A stretch of 64,000 nt of DNA from Gemmatimonadales bacterium. GTDB taxonomy: Bacteria > Gemmatimonadota > Gemmatimonadetes > Gemmatimonadales > GWC2-71-9. Shown piece after piece: positions 1 to 9,857 of the stretch. Made by a program: the position numbers and the translations under genes. Position 1 is the first letter of the stretch, and the number at the start of each line of letters is the position of its first letter. The notes beneath the pieces were generated by a model, which saw only the letters and a list, made by a program, of their open reading frames with translations, was not told the origin of the DNA and searched no databases. The DNA lies in NCBI GenBank assembly GCA_046596135.1, contig JBKJMX010000083.1, positions 180 through 64,179 on the forward strand, written 5' to 3'.

Positions 1-8
1 GATGGCTG

Positions 9-1442
<1,434 letters not shown>

Positions 1443-1443
1443 G

Positions 1444-1555
1444 GACGGTTGACGGTTGACGGATGACGGATGACGGATGACGGATGACGGATGACGGATG
1501 ACGGATGACCGATGGCTGATGGCTGATGGCTGACGGCTGATGGCTGATGGCTCAT
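1444..1555. repeat. Heptanucleotide microsatellite, 16 contiguous 7-nt units (GACGGTT x2, GACGGAT x7, GACCGAT, GGCTGAT/GGCTGAC x5, GGCTCAT)
   Basis: Counted directly. The period stays exactly 7 from 1444 to 1555. The tract starts 2 nt after the sufB stop and ends 47 nt before the sufC ATG. Confidence 0.95.
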
Positions 1556-1602
1556 AATCAAAGCTACCGAATGCATTACCAAACATTGGAGTCTAGAACA
1601 CG

Positions 1603-2376
1603 ATGTCTCTACTCGAAGTCACCAACCTCCACGCTTCCGTCGACGAGAAACCGATCCTCAATGGCATCTCGCTCACCGTCAATGCCGGTGAGGTGCACGC
1701 GATCATGGGCCCCAACGGATCGGGGAAGAGCACGCTCGCGCAGGTGATCGCGGGGCATCCGGCGTACGAGGTCACCTCCGGCTCGGTGACGTTCGATGGC
1801 AAGGACCTCCTCGATATGGAGCCTGAGGAGCGCGCGTGGGCGGGTGTGTTCCTCGCGTTCCAGTATCCGGTGGAAATTCCCGGCGTGACCAACGCCTACT
1901 TCCTGCGCACCGCGTACAACGAGATTCGCAAGGCGCGCGGGCTCGACGAGCTCGACCCGATCGATTTCTACGACCTCCTCGAGGAGAAGCTCAAGGTCGT
2001 GGCATGGGGGCCGGAGGTGATGGAGCGGGCGGTGAACTTCGGCTTCTCCGGTGGCGAGAAGAAGCGCAATGAGATTCTGCAGATGGCTGTGCTCGAGCCG
2101 CGGCTCGCCGTGCTCGACGAGACAGACTCCGGGCTCGACATCGACGCGCTCCGGATCGTGGCCGATGGCGTGAACGCACTTAAGCGTCCCGACAGCGCGA
2201 CTGTTCTTGTGACCCATTATCAGCGGCTGCTCGACTACATCGTCCCCGACGTGGTGCACGTCCTGGCCGGTGGCAAGATCGTGCGGTCAGGCGATCGTTC
2301 GCTCGCGCTCGACCTCGAAAAGCGAGGGTATGAGTGGCTCACGAACGGGGCCGTGGCACCGGTGGGCGTTTCCTGA
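1603..2376 (+). CDS. sufC: Fe-S cluster assembly ATPase SufC
   Basis: Walker [13 protein letters not shown] signature FSGGEKKR and Walker [12 protein letters not shown], at the expected position after sufB. Confidence 0.95.
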   Translation: MSLLEVTNLHASVDEKPILNGISLTVNAGEVHAIMGPNGSGKSTLAQVIAGHPAYEVTSGSVTFDGKDLLDMEPEERAWAGVFLAFQYPVEIPGVTNAYFLRTAYNEIRKARGLDELDPIDFYDLLEEKLKVVAWGPEVMERAVNFGFSGGEKKRNEILQMAVLEPRLAVLDETDSGLDIDALRIVADGVNALKRPDSATVLVTHYQRLLDYIVPDVVHVLAGGKIVRSGDRSLALDLEKRGYEWLTNGAVAPVGVS

Positions 2377-3719
2377 TGGGAGCCACCGCTGCGCCCGTGG
2401 CACCGGGCGATTCGCGCGGAGTGGCCGGCTCGCTAGTCGAGATAGCCGCCCATCCAGTTTTTGGCACTGGCCCGGACTGGCTGGTTGCCCTCCGGCAGGC
2501 GGGTCTCGACCGGTTTGGCGAGGTCGGGATTCCCACGTCGAAGAATGAGGAATGGCGGTTCACTCCGGTTGGGCCAATCGGCACGGTGTATTGGAAGGCG
2601 GCCGGCGAGTCTGAGGCGGTAAGGCCGGAAGACATTGCCCCGTATCTCTTTGGAAAACACGACTGGCCGCTGCTGGTGATCGTGGATGGCGTCGTGGATG
2701 CGTCGTTGTCATCGCTACAACTAATGCCAGGCGGAGCCACATTCGGATCGCTGGCTGGGGCGATCGAGGCGGGCCGGCCCGAAGTCGAGGCCCACCTGGG
2801 CCGCCACGCCTCTCCCGACATCACCCCCTTCGGCGCCCTCAATGCGGCACTCATCGCCGACGGCGCCTTCCTGCATGTCCCGGCTGACGTGGTACTGGCC
2901 TCGCCGGTTCAGGTGCTTCATGTCGTGACTCGGGGTGCCCACGACGCGGTGGTGGCCCCCCGCGTCCTCGCGGTCCTCGACCGCGGCGCCCGGGCCTCGA
3001 TCATCGAGAGCTTCGTCACCCTCGCCGACACGCAGTACTTCACCAACACTTGCTCGGAGTCGGTGCTGGGCGAGAACGCCTGGCTGGAGCACGTGCGGGT
3101 GCAGCGGGAAGGCTCGAAGGCGTGGCACATCGGCCTCAGCCGCGTGGATCAGGACCGCGACTCGCACTATCGGTCGTTCACGCTCAACATGGGTGGCAAG
3201 CTGGCGAGGCACGACCTGCACGCTCGCCTCAACGCGCCGAACAGCGAGACGCTCCTTTATGGGCTCTATCTCACCCAGGGTGAGCAGCTCGTCGACAACC
3301 ACACCGCCATCTTTCACGATCAGCCCAATTGCAACTCGTGGGAGGTCTACAAGGGGGTCCTCGCGGAGAAGTCGCGGGCGGTGTTCAACGGCAAGGTGTT
3401 CGTGCAGCCTGCGGCGCAGAAGACCGACGCCAAGCAGACCAACCGCAACCTGCTGCTGTCCGACGATGCGAAGGTCAACACCAAGCCGCAGCTCGAGATC
3501 TTTGCCGACGACGTGAGGTGCACCCACGGTGCCACGATCGGCAAGCTCGACGAGCATCAGCGCTACTACATGGCCACCCGCGGCATTGGCGGCAAGACGG
3601 CGCAGGCCCTCCTCATCTGGGCGTTTGCCGCCGAGGTCTTGATGGAGGTGAGCGTCGCTCCGGTGCGTGAGGCGCTCGAGGCTGTGGTGCGTCGTCAACT
3701 CGACGCGCTGATCGGATAG
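2376..3719 (+). CDS. sufD: Fe-S cluster assembly protein SufD
   Basis: SufD-like C-terminal beta-helix (NTKPQLEIFADDVRCTHGATIGKLDE..YYMATRGI). I chose the ATG at 2376, which overlaps the sufC stop by 1 nt, rather than the upstream ATG at 2334. Confidence 0.88.
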   Translation: MGATAAPVAPGDSRGVAGSLVEIAAHPVFGTGPDWLVALRQAGLDRFGEVGIPTSKNEEWRFTPVGPIGTVYWKAAGESEAVRPEDIAPYLFGKHDWPLLVIVDGVVDASLSSLQLMPGGATFGSLAGAIEAGRPEVEAHLGRHASPDITPFGALNAALIADGAFLHVPADVVLASPVQVLHVVTRGAHDAVVAPRVLAVLDRGARASIIESFVTLADTQYFTNTCSESVLGENAWLEHVRVQREGSKAWHIGLSRVDQDRDSHYRSFTLNMGGKLARHDLHARLNAPNSETLLYGLYLTQGEQLVDNHTAIFHDQPNCNSWEVYKGVLAEKSRAVFNGKVFVQPAAQKTDAKQTNRNLLLSDDAKVNTKPQLEIFADDVRCTHGATIGKLDEHQRYYMATRGIGGKTAQALLIWAFAAEVLMEVSVAPVREALEAVVRRQLDALIG

Positions 3720-3723
3720 CTGC

Positions 3724-4971
3724 ATGACCATTGCGGCGGTGGGTGAGCCCAGAACCGTGCAGCCGCCAACGCTGGACGTAGCTGCGCTGCGCGCCGAGTT
3801 CCCGATCTTGGCGGGCACGTCGCGCGGGAAGCCACTCATCTATCTCGACAGTGCTGCCACAACCCAGAAGCCGCAGGCAGTGCTCGATGCACTCGCCGCC
3901 TTCTACGCATCCGGCAACGCCAACATCCACCGTGGTGTCTACGAGCTGAGCGAACGCGCCACCGTTGCGTACGACGGTGCGCGGTCTCGCGTCGCGCGAT
4001 TCATCGGCGCGACGAGTGATTCAGAGGTGGTGTTCGTGCGCGGGACCACCGAGGCGATCAACCTCGTGGCGCATTCGTTCCCCGCGATCACGCCCGGTTG
4101 CACTGTGCTGGTCTCCGAGATGGAGCATCACGCCAATATCGTCCCGTGGCAGCTCGCCGGGGCGCGCACCGTACCGATTCCGGTGACTGATTCCGGCGAG
4201 CTCGACATGATTGCCGCGGAGCAGTTGATCGGCGAGCGGCCGGCGATGCTGGCCGTGGTGCACGTGTCGAACGCGCTCGGCACCGTGAACCCCATCTCCG
4301 AACTCTGTCGGATGGCGCGCGCCGCTGGCGTGCCGGTGCTGGTCGATGGTGCCCAGGCAGTCGGCCATTTCCCCGTCGATGTTGCCGCACTCGGCTGCGA
4401 TTTCTATTGCTTCTCGGCTCACAAGCTCTACGGCCCTACCGGCATCGGCGTCCTCTGGGCGAGGGCTCAACACCTCGAGCAGATGCCGCCCTGGCAGGGC
4501 GGGGGCGACATGATCGACACCGTGAGCTTCGAGCGCACCACGTTCGCGCCGGCACCCGGGAAGTTCGAGGCAGGAACGCCGCACATCGCCGGCGTGATCG
4601 GGATGGTGGCGGCGATCGACTGGCTCGAGCGGCAGGACCGCGACGCGTTGCACGCACACGAGGCCGACCTGCTGGCGCACGGCACGGAACTGCTCGCGTC
4701 GATTCCCGGACTGCGCCTGGTGGGAACGGCTCCCGACAAGATCGGCGTGCTCACCTTCACGCTGAGCGGCGTGCACCCGCACGACCTCGCGTCGTTGCTC
4801 GATGCCGATGGCATCTGCGTGCGGGCGGGGCATCACTGCACTCAGCCGCTGCACCGTCGGCTCGGCCTGCCTGCCACCACCCGTGCCTCGCTCGCGCCGT
4901 ACAACACTCGCGCTGAGCTCGACGCGCTGGCCGGCTCGCTCAATCGTGCCGCTGAGTTGTTCGCGAGATGA
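3724..4971 (+). CDS. sufS: Cysteine desulfurase SufS (class V aminotransferase fold, group II)
   Basis: PLP-lysine motif FSAHKLYGPTGIG, catalytic-Cys motif RAGHHCTQP and YLDSAATTQKP near the N-terminus. Confidence 0.93.
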   Translation: MTIAAVGEPRTVQPPTLDVAALRAEFPILAGTSRGKPLIYLDSAATTQKPQAVLDALAAFYASGNANIHRGVYELSERATVAYDGARSRVARFIGATSDSEVVFVRGTTEAINLVAHSFPAITPGCTVLVSEMEHHANIVPWQLAGARTVPIPVTDSGELDMIAAEQLIGERPAMLAVVHVSNALGTVNPISELCRMARAAGVPVLVDGAQAVGHFPVDVAALGCDFYCFSAHKLYGPTGIGVLWARAQHLEQMPPWQGGGDMIDTVSFERTTFAPAPGKFEAGTPHIAGVIGMVAAIDWLERQDRDALHAHEADLLAHGTELLASIPGLRLVGTAPDKIGVLTFTLSGVHPHDLASLLDADGICVRAGHHCTQPLHRRLGLPATTRASLAPYNTRAELDALAGSLNRAAELFAR

Positions 4972-5408
4972 GAATGAACGAGTTGTACCAGAGCGTGATC
5001 ATCGAGCACGATCGATCGCCGCGCAATTTCCGCACGATCGATGGTGCGACCCATCACGCCGATGGCCGCAACCCGCTCTGTGGCGACGAGGTGAGTGTCG
5101 AACTGGTGGTGAGCGACGATGGCACGATTGCCGACGTTGCGTTCCAAGGCACCGGCTGTGCTGTCTCCCGTGCTTCGGCGTCGATGATGACCGTCGCGTT
5201 GCGCGACCAATCGACCGAGCACGCACTGGAACTGTTCGCCAGATTTCACGCGTTGCTCGTTGATGGTGGCACGACGGACGAGCTCGGCAAGCTGGCGGCG
5301 TTCGAGGGGCTGGCCGCGTTCCCGATGCGGATCAAATGTGCGACGATGGTGTGGCACGTGATGAAGGCGGCACTGGACAATGAGCAGGAAGCCAGCGCCA
5401 CGAAGTAG
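4968..5408 (+). CDS. sufU: SUF-system zinc-dependent sulfurtransferase/scaffold SufU
   Basis: NPLCGDE, GTGCAVSRASASMM and RIKCATM cysteine motifs. ATGA overlap with the sufS stop. Confidence 0.9.
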   Translation: MRMNELYQSVIIEHDRSPRNFRTIDGATHHADGRNPLCGDEVSVELVVSDDGTIADVAFQGTGCAVSRASASMMTVALRDQSTEHALELFARFHALLVDGGTTDELGKLAAFEGLAAFPMRIKCATMVWHVMKAALDNEQEASATK

Positions 5409-5468
5409 TTGGTAATTCAAGATGTCGGATTGGGTCCGCTGCGGGCCCGACCGTATACAGGAGAGTCC

Positions 5469-5888
5469 ATGTATCCCGAAATGATGGTCAAGCCGATGCG
5501 CGACGAACTCACCCGCCTGGGTGTTGAAGAACTCCGCTCGGTCGAGGAAGTCGATGCTGCGCTGGGCGGCATGCAGGGGACTGCACTAGTGTTCGTCAAT
5601 TCGGTCTGCGGCTGCGCCGCCGGTGGTGCGCGGCCGGCGATGACGAAGGCGATGAGCGCCGATGGCAAGCGCCCCGACAAGGTCTACACCGTGTTCGCCG
5701 GCCAAGACCTCGACGCGACGGCACGCGCTCGCAGTTACTTCGGCGAGTACCGGCCGTCGTCGCCGTCGGCGGCACTGCTCAAGGATGGCGAGGTCGTCGC
5801 GTTTGTCCATCGCCACGAGATCGAGGGACGCTCGCCCGACCAGATCGCCAGCGACCTGGTGAACGCTTTCGAGCAGCACTGCGCGTGA
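5469..5888 (+). CDS. Bacilliredoxin (BrxA/BrxB, DUF1094 family) thiol-disulfide oxidoreductase
   Basis: FVNSVCGCAAGGARP carries the CGC active site typical of Brx/YphP/YqiW proteins. An AGGAGA RBS sits 6 nt upstream of the ATG at 5469. The ORF-track start at 5409 is rejected. Confidence 0.8.
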   Translation: MYPEMMVKPMRDELTRLGVEELRSVEEVDAALGGMQGTALVFVNSVCGCAAGGARPAMTKAMSADGKRPDKVYTVFAGQDLDATARARSYFGEYRPSSPSAALLKDGEVVAFVHRHEIEGRSPDQIASDLVNAFEQHCA

Positions 5889-6151
5889 GCGGACACGTCT
5901 TCCACCCCGGTCACGACGAACTGCACGGCGTCACCGTGGTGGTGACGGGCGCGAGCGGGAGGACCTATGTCGGGCGGTGGCACGAGCGCGCCGCCCGAGG
6001 GGTCACCATGAAGGATGTTGCGATCCGCGAGCCCAACAGCGACGTCACCCTTGACGCATGGCTCGCGCGGCAGCGGAAGTTCGGGCTCGACGCCAGCGAG
6101 AAGTTCCTGATCGTGCCGAACGACGAGGTTGGGGCGGTCGAGAAGTTCTAG
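5885..6151 (+). CDS. Hypothetical small protein (88 aa), translationally coupled to the bacilliredoxin gene
   Basis: GTGA start/stop overlap with the upstream gene. The composition looks coding. I recognise no family. Confidence 0.5.
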   Translation: MSGHVFHPGHDELHGVTVVVTGASGRTYVGRWHERAARGVTMKDVAIREPNSDVTLDAWLARQRKFGLDASEKFLIVPNDEVGAVEKF

Positions 6152-6159
6152 CGTCGGCG

Positions 6160-6600
6160 GGAGTCCGTCACGCGGGCTCGGTCGTGTCCGTCACGCGGGC
6201 TCGGTCGTGTCCGTCACGCGGCTCTGCCGGGGGTCCATCGACGTCCGTCACGCGGCTCGGTCAACGGGTCCACCAACCGTCGGCTCGGAAGCCCGCCCAT
6301 TCGGCGCCCGTATGGTCCGAGCCTCCTCTGGCGGACCCGTCGCACCTCGCCGCCCCGACGGTCACAGCTAACGACTAACGACTTGCGTTGTAAGGCGCAG
6401 GCCAATCGGTGCGTGCGGGCGAGCGGCGGAGGGTTCACCAGAGGAGGCTCGACTGTCTGAGCGGCCCCGCGGTACGCGAGGCCGCGAGTTGGAGCCGACG
6501 ATGGTGGACTCTCCGATCGAGCCCGCCTGCGCAGGTCCCGCCCCGCGCGTGCCGCCAGCCCGGCGCTTCGGCTCCGTTCTCCCTTCTCCGTTCTCCGTCA
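6160..6600 (+). repeat. Composite intergenic mosaic repeat, copy A (approximate bounds)
   Basis: Contents: GTCCGTCACGCGG(G)CTCGGTCGT tandem units (6163, 6186, 6209, 6243); hairpin unit A in reverse orientation (6270-6334); TAACGAC x2; hairpin unit B (6436-6506); GTTCTCC-type heptamers at 6583-6598. The core 6425-6526 is identical to 8269-8370. Confidence 0.85.
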
Positions 6601-6601
6601 A

Positions 6602-7912
6602 TCAAAAATCAAAGAATATCTCGCCCCCGCCCCCACTGTTCCCCAGCCGAGAGTTCACGACGTTGTTGAACACCGATCCGAAGGTGTAGTTGAGGCCGAC
6701 CGACGTGTAATAGCGGTAGTTGGTCTGGAGCTGGCGGAGTCGGAGCAGGATCTCTTCCTGCGACGCGCCTGCAGCGGAGAGGGTGATCTGATCGCGCACG
6801 CGGTTGTACGAGCCATTGATGTTGAACGAGAGCCCCTTGAGCAGCCGGATGTTCATTCCGCCGTAGATGCCCAGCGAGTTCTGGCTGAAGTCGTTCAGGT
6901 AGTTCGACCCGGAGATTCCGACGTTCGCGCTGCCCCACGTGGTGCGTGTCGCATAGCTCAACGAGAGGTTCTCGAAGGCGCGGGTTTCGCGGTCCTTCCC
7001 GAAGATGGTCTGCTCGGTATAGTCGTACCGGACCAGGCCCACGCTGTAGGCGAGGATCAATCGTCGGCGGGTGTACTCGCTGTACGGCATGAAGTCGTAT
7101 TCGATCGTCGGCGCGAACCGTGTTGCGAGGTCGATGTTCTGCTGGGTGGAGCTGTTGCCGCTGAAAGTGGCGCCCGCCGAAAGGTGTGGTCCGAGTGACT
7201 TGACCAGCAACCCGCTGCCGTAGTAGCTGTGGCTGTTGGCCTCGAAGAGTTCTCCATCGCCCAGGTCGTAGGTGCTCTTGTTCGAGTTCCCCGAGAATGA
7301 CATGCGGAACTTCCAGTCCTCGGTCACCCGGCCCGCCGACAGGTTACCACTGAGGTAGCGCGTCTTCGATTGCGACTCACCATTCAGGAATGCATTGCCG
7401 CCGAGCGAGAAGACCCAGTGATTCCAGGGGTCGTGCACAGGAGCCTGCGGGGTGTTGTCGTTTGGGACGTTGTAATTGATCGCGAGGCTAACACCCCGGG
7501 GCGTGCGGAGCACATAGCGGGCGAGGCCCAACTTGAGTACGCGAGTGAACTCCTTGCGCTGCTCGTCGGAAGTCGCGCCCTGCTTTGTGCTGTACTTGAT
7601 CTCGTCATCGAGCCCCGCGAATTCCTTTTGGCCCAGGAACTTGAGCGTCACCTCTGAGCCGCCGCCGCCGCTGCCGAGCGAGGTGGAGATCACGTGCACC
7701 TGGGCGTCGGTGCGATCTCGCACGTAGTTCACCCAAGTCAACTCGGTGCGGAGAAAGTCGAAGTCACAGCCGACTGATGCGCAGTCGAGGAAGAGTCGGA
7801 GGGCCGACGTGGTGTCAGCAGCTGCGGCGGGCGCAGGCATGTCCTGACCCCGCAGGGTGACTGGCGCGACAAGAACGGCCAGAAGCACGGCGAAGCGGCG
7901 AAGGCGATGCAT
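6602..7912 (-). CDS. Outer-membrane beta-barrel protein, function unknown
   Basis: Signal peptide MHRLRRFAVLLAVLVAPVTLRGQ. The C-terminal half has alternating-hydrophobic strand patterns rich in G/S/N/Y, and the protein ends in a terminal F (EIFFDF). Start set at the ATG at 7912, because the ORF-track N-terminal extension runs into repeat copy B. Confidence 0.72.
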   Translation of the reverse strand: MHRLRRFAVLLAVLVAPVTLRGQDMPAPAAAADTTSALRLFLDCASVGCDFDFLRTELTWVNYVRDRTDAQVHVISTSLGSGGGGSEVTLKFLGQKEFAGLDDEIKYSTKQGATSDEQRKEFTRVLKLGLARYVLRTPRGVSLAINYNVPNDNTPQAPVHDPWNHWVFSLGGNAFLNGESQSKTRYLSGNLSAGRVTEDWKFRMSFSGNSNKSTYDLGDGELFEANSHSYYGSGLLVKSLGPHLSAGATFSGNSSTQQNIDLATRFAPTIEYDFMPYSEYTRRRLILAYSVGLVRYDYTEQTIFGKDRETRAFENLSLSYATRTTWGSANVGISGSNYLNDFSQNSLGIYGGMNIRLLKGLSFNINGSYNRVRDQITLSAAGASQEEILLRLRQLQTNYRYYTSVGLNYTFGSVFNNVVNSRLGNSGGGGEIFFDF

Positions 7913-7984
7913 GGGACCTCGGGGGAGGGGGAGACCCGCACATGAAATCTCTGCACCTACATCCGGGAATGGCAACAAGTTTCG

Positions 7985-8457
7985 GGCGGGGTCCGTCAAC
8001 CGGCTCGGTCGGTCACCGGTCATCGGTGCTCCGTCACGCGGCTCGGTCGCGGGATTCGTCAGCCGTCGGCTCGGAAGCCCGCCCATGCGGCACCGTTATG
8101 ATCCGAGCCTCCGCTGACGTACCCCTCGAACCTCGCCGCCTTGGCGGTCACAGCAGGCGACTGACGACTAATGACCGATGGCCGTAAGCCTTGGTCCGTA
8201 AAGTCTGTAGTTGTTGGTCGATTGCTGTGTCCGTCGTCAAGCGGAGGACATGCCCAGGCGGCGAGAGGCGGAGGGTTCACCAGAGGAGGCTCGACTGTCT
8301 GAGCGGCCCCGCGGTACGCGAGGCCGCGAGTTGGAGCCGACGATGGTGGACTCTCCGATCGAGCCCGCGGGCGCAGACCCCTGCCCCGCATGCGTTCGCC
8401 GATGTTCCGACCCCGCCACCACGCGGGTCACAGTCAACGACGTACGACTATCGACCT
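7985..8457 (+). repeat. Composite intergenic mosaic repeat, copy B (approximate bounds)
   Basis: Same module order and orientation as copy A: CCGTCACGCGGCTCGGTC motif, unit A reversed (about 8063-8117), TGACGAC/TAATGAC heptamers, unit B (8280-8350), then a CAACGAC/GTACGAC tail. Confidence 0.85.
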
Positions 8458-9713
8458 CACAGCTCCGCGTCGCGTGTCTCCCGGACCAGCGCAATTCCCA
8501 CCAAGGCAAGCGCGCCCGACGCGGCGATGTACCAGCCCACCGCGGCAAGACCGTAGTGCCGCGCGAGCCAGATCGAGGCGTAGGGCGCCAGTGATGCCCC
8601 CAGTATTCCGCCCAGGTTGTACGTGATCGCGGTGCCACTGTACCGAACCGTGGTCGGGAACTGCTCCGATAGGTGTGTGCCCAAAGGGCCGTACACAGCG
8701 CCGATCAACCCCATCCCCACGACCGACATGACCAAAGCACCGGTGTAACCGGCGTTGAAGAGCGGCTCGAACGCCACCACCCCGAACACCACCACCAGCA
8801 GGTTCGCCCAGACAGCGACCGTTCGCCGCCCCTTCTCGGCCAGCCAGGCCGCAACCGGTATCGTGATCGCAAACGCGACCGCCCCGGCGAGCTGGAAGAT
8901 GAGGAAACGGTTGCGATCGATCCCCATCTCGCTGGTACCCCACGAGAGGGTGAACACGGTCATCACGTAGAACAGCACGAACGTCGAGAGCGACAGCAGC
9001 ACTCCCACCCCAAGCGCGGGGCGATGGTCGCGCACGACCGCCAGCATCGGGAGCCGGACGCGATGCGCCGCTGCCTTCGCGAAGACCGGCGTCTCAGTGA
9101 TCGCGAGTCGCACATACAACCCGACCGCCACGAGGAGAGCGCTCCCCACAAAAGGCAGCCGCCAGCCATAGCTCAGAAACTGTTCGTTGGTGAGCGTCTG
9201 CGAGAGCAGGAGGAAAATTCCACCCGAAAAGAAGAAGCCCACCGGCGCGCCGAGCTGCGGGAACATCCCGTACCAGGCGCGCTTCCCCGGAGGCGCATTT
9301 TCCACCGCGAGGAGGACTGCCCCGCCCCATTCGCCACCCAGTCCAAGCCCCTGGCCGAATCGGCAGAGCGCGAGCAGGATCGGCGCCCAGATCCCGATCG
9401 ACTGATAGGTGGGTAACAGCCCGATCGCGACAGTCGAGATACCCATGGTGAGCAGCGCGGCCACCAACGTCGCCTTTCGCCCGATCCGGTCGCCGAAGTG
9501 CCCGAAAAGAGCCGCGCCCACCGGTCGGGCAAAGAAGGCGATCGCGAAGGTGGCGAGTGACGCAAGGGTCGCAGCAGTGGGGTCGGCGCCAGGAAAGAAA
9601 AGCTGCGGAAAGACGAGGACCGCCGCCGTCCCATAGATGTAGAAGTCGAAGAACTCGATCGCCGTCCCGACCAAGGACGCGAACAGGATTCGGCGGGGAG
9701 AGTTGGCGGGCAT
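8457..9713 (-). CDS. MFS transporter, metabolite:H+ symporter (MHS) family
   Basis: 418 aa with about 12 predicted TM helices. The N-terminal LVGTAIEFFDFYIYGTAA motif and GDRIGRK loop are typical of the MHS/ProP/KgtP-like family. Confidence 0.88.
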   Translation of the reverse strand: MPANSPRRILFASLVGTAIEFFDFYIYGTAAVLVFPQLFFPGADPTAATLASLATFAIAFFARPVGAALFGHFGDRIGRKATLVAALLTMGISTVAIGLLPTYQSIGIWAPILLALCRFGQGLGLGGEWGGAVLLAVENAPPGKRAWYGMFPQLGAPVGFFFSGGIFLLLSQTLTNEQFLSYGWRLPFVGSALLVAVGLYVRLAITETPVFAKAAAHRVRLPMLAVVRDHRPALGVGVLLSLSTFVLFYVMTVFTLSWGTSEMGIDRNRFLIFQLAGAVAFAITIPVAAWLAEKGRRTVAVWANLLVVVFGVVAFEPLFNAGYTGALVMSVVGMGLIGAVYGPLGTHLSEQFPTTVRYSGTAITYNLGGILGASLAPYASIWLARHYGLAAVGWYIAASGALALVGIALVRETRDAEL

Positions 9714-9857
9714 TCGATATGGTAACGCGTCTCACGGTCACTACGCACCTCAGGCCACCCTCCGACCCGACCTTCAGCGTGCCGTTGTTCGGGTGCGGAG
9801 CGTTGATTTCGCCACCGCACTACGTTGTACGGTCCTCCACTCTCGGAGCCCCGCTTC

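Noticed and set aside
1444-1555. Microsatellite tracts (here and at 32815-32942) read as coding repeats. Examples are HPSSVIR x n on the minus strand and FQPFNPST x n on the minus strand.
   Set aside because: The periodic peptides are an automatic consequence of 7-nt and 8-nt units read in frame. These ORFs have no plausible starts and overlap real gene ends.
6214-6438. Recurrent peptide MGGLPSRRL..P.TEPRDG, and also ERRRVHQRRLDCLSGPA.., encoded by ORFs at 6214-6438(-), the 5' extension of 6602-8086(-), 12409-12606(+), 24082-24270(+), 6409-6669(+), 8191-8556(+) and 23629-23973(-). This could suggest a repeated small gene.
   Set aside because: The similarity is at nucleotide level within the mosaic repeats. 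Copies differ by indels that shift the frame (SGPAVREAASW.. against SGPARREGRELEP..). There are no RBS or start contexts, and the hairpin structure is what is conserved.
6160-8457. The mosaic repeats read as a CRISPR array or as an IS/MITE.
   Set aside because: There is no regular repeat-spacer periodicity and there are no cas genes. No transposase is present, and I found no clear terminal inverted repeats with target-site duplications at the element ends. A MITE-like origin cannot be fully excluded without genome-wide copies.
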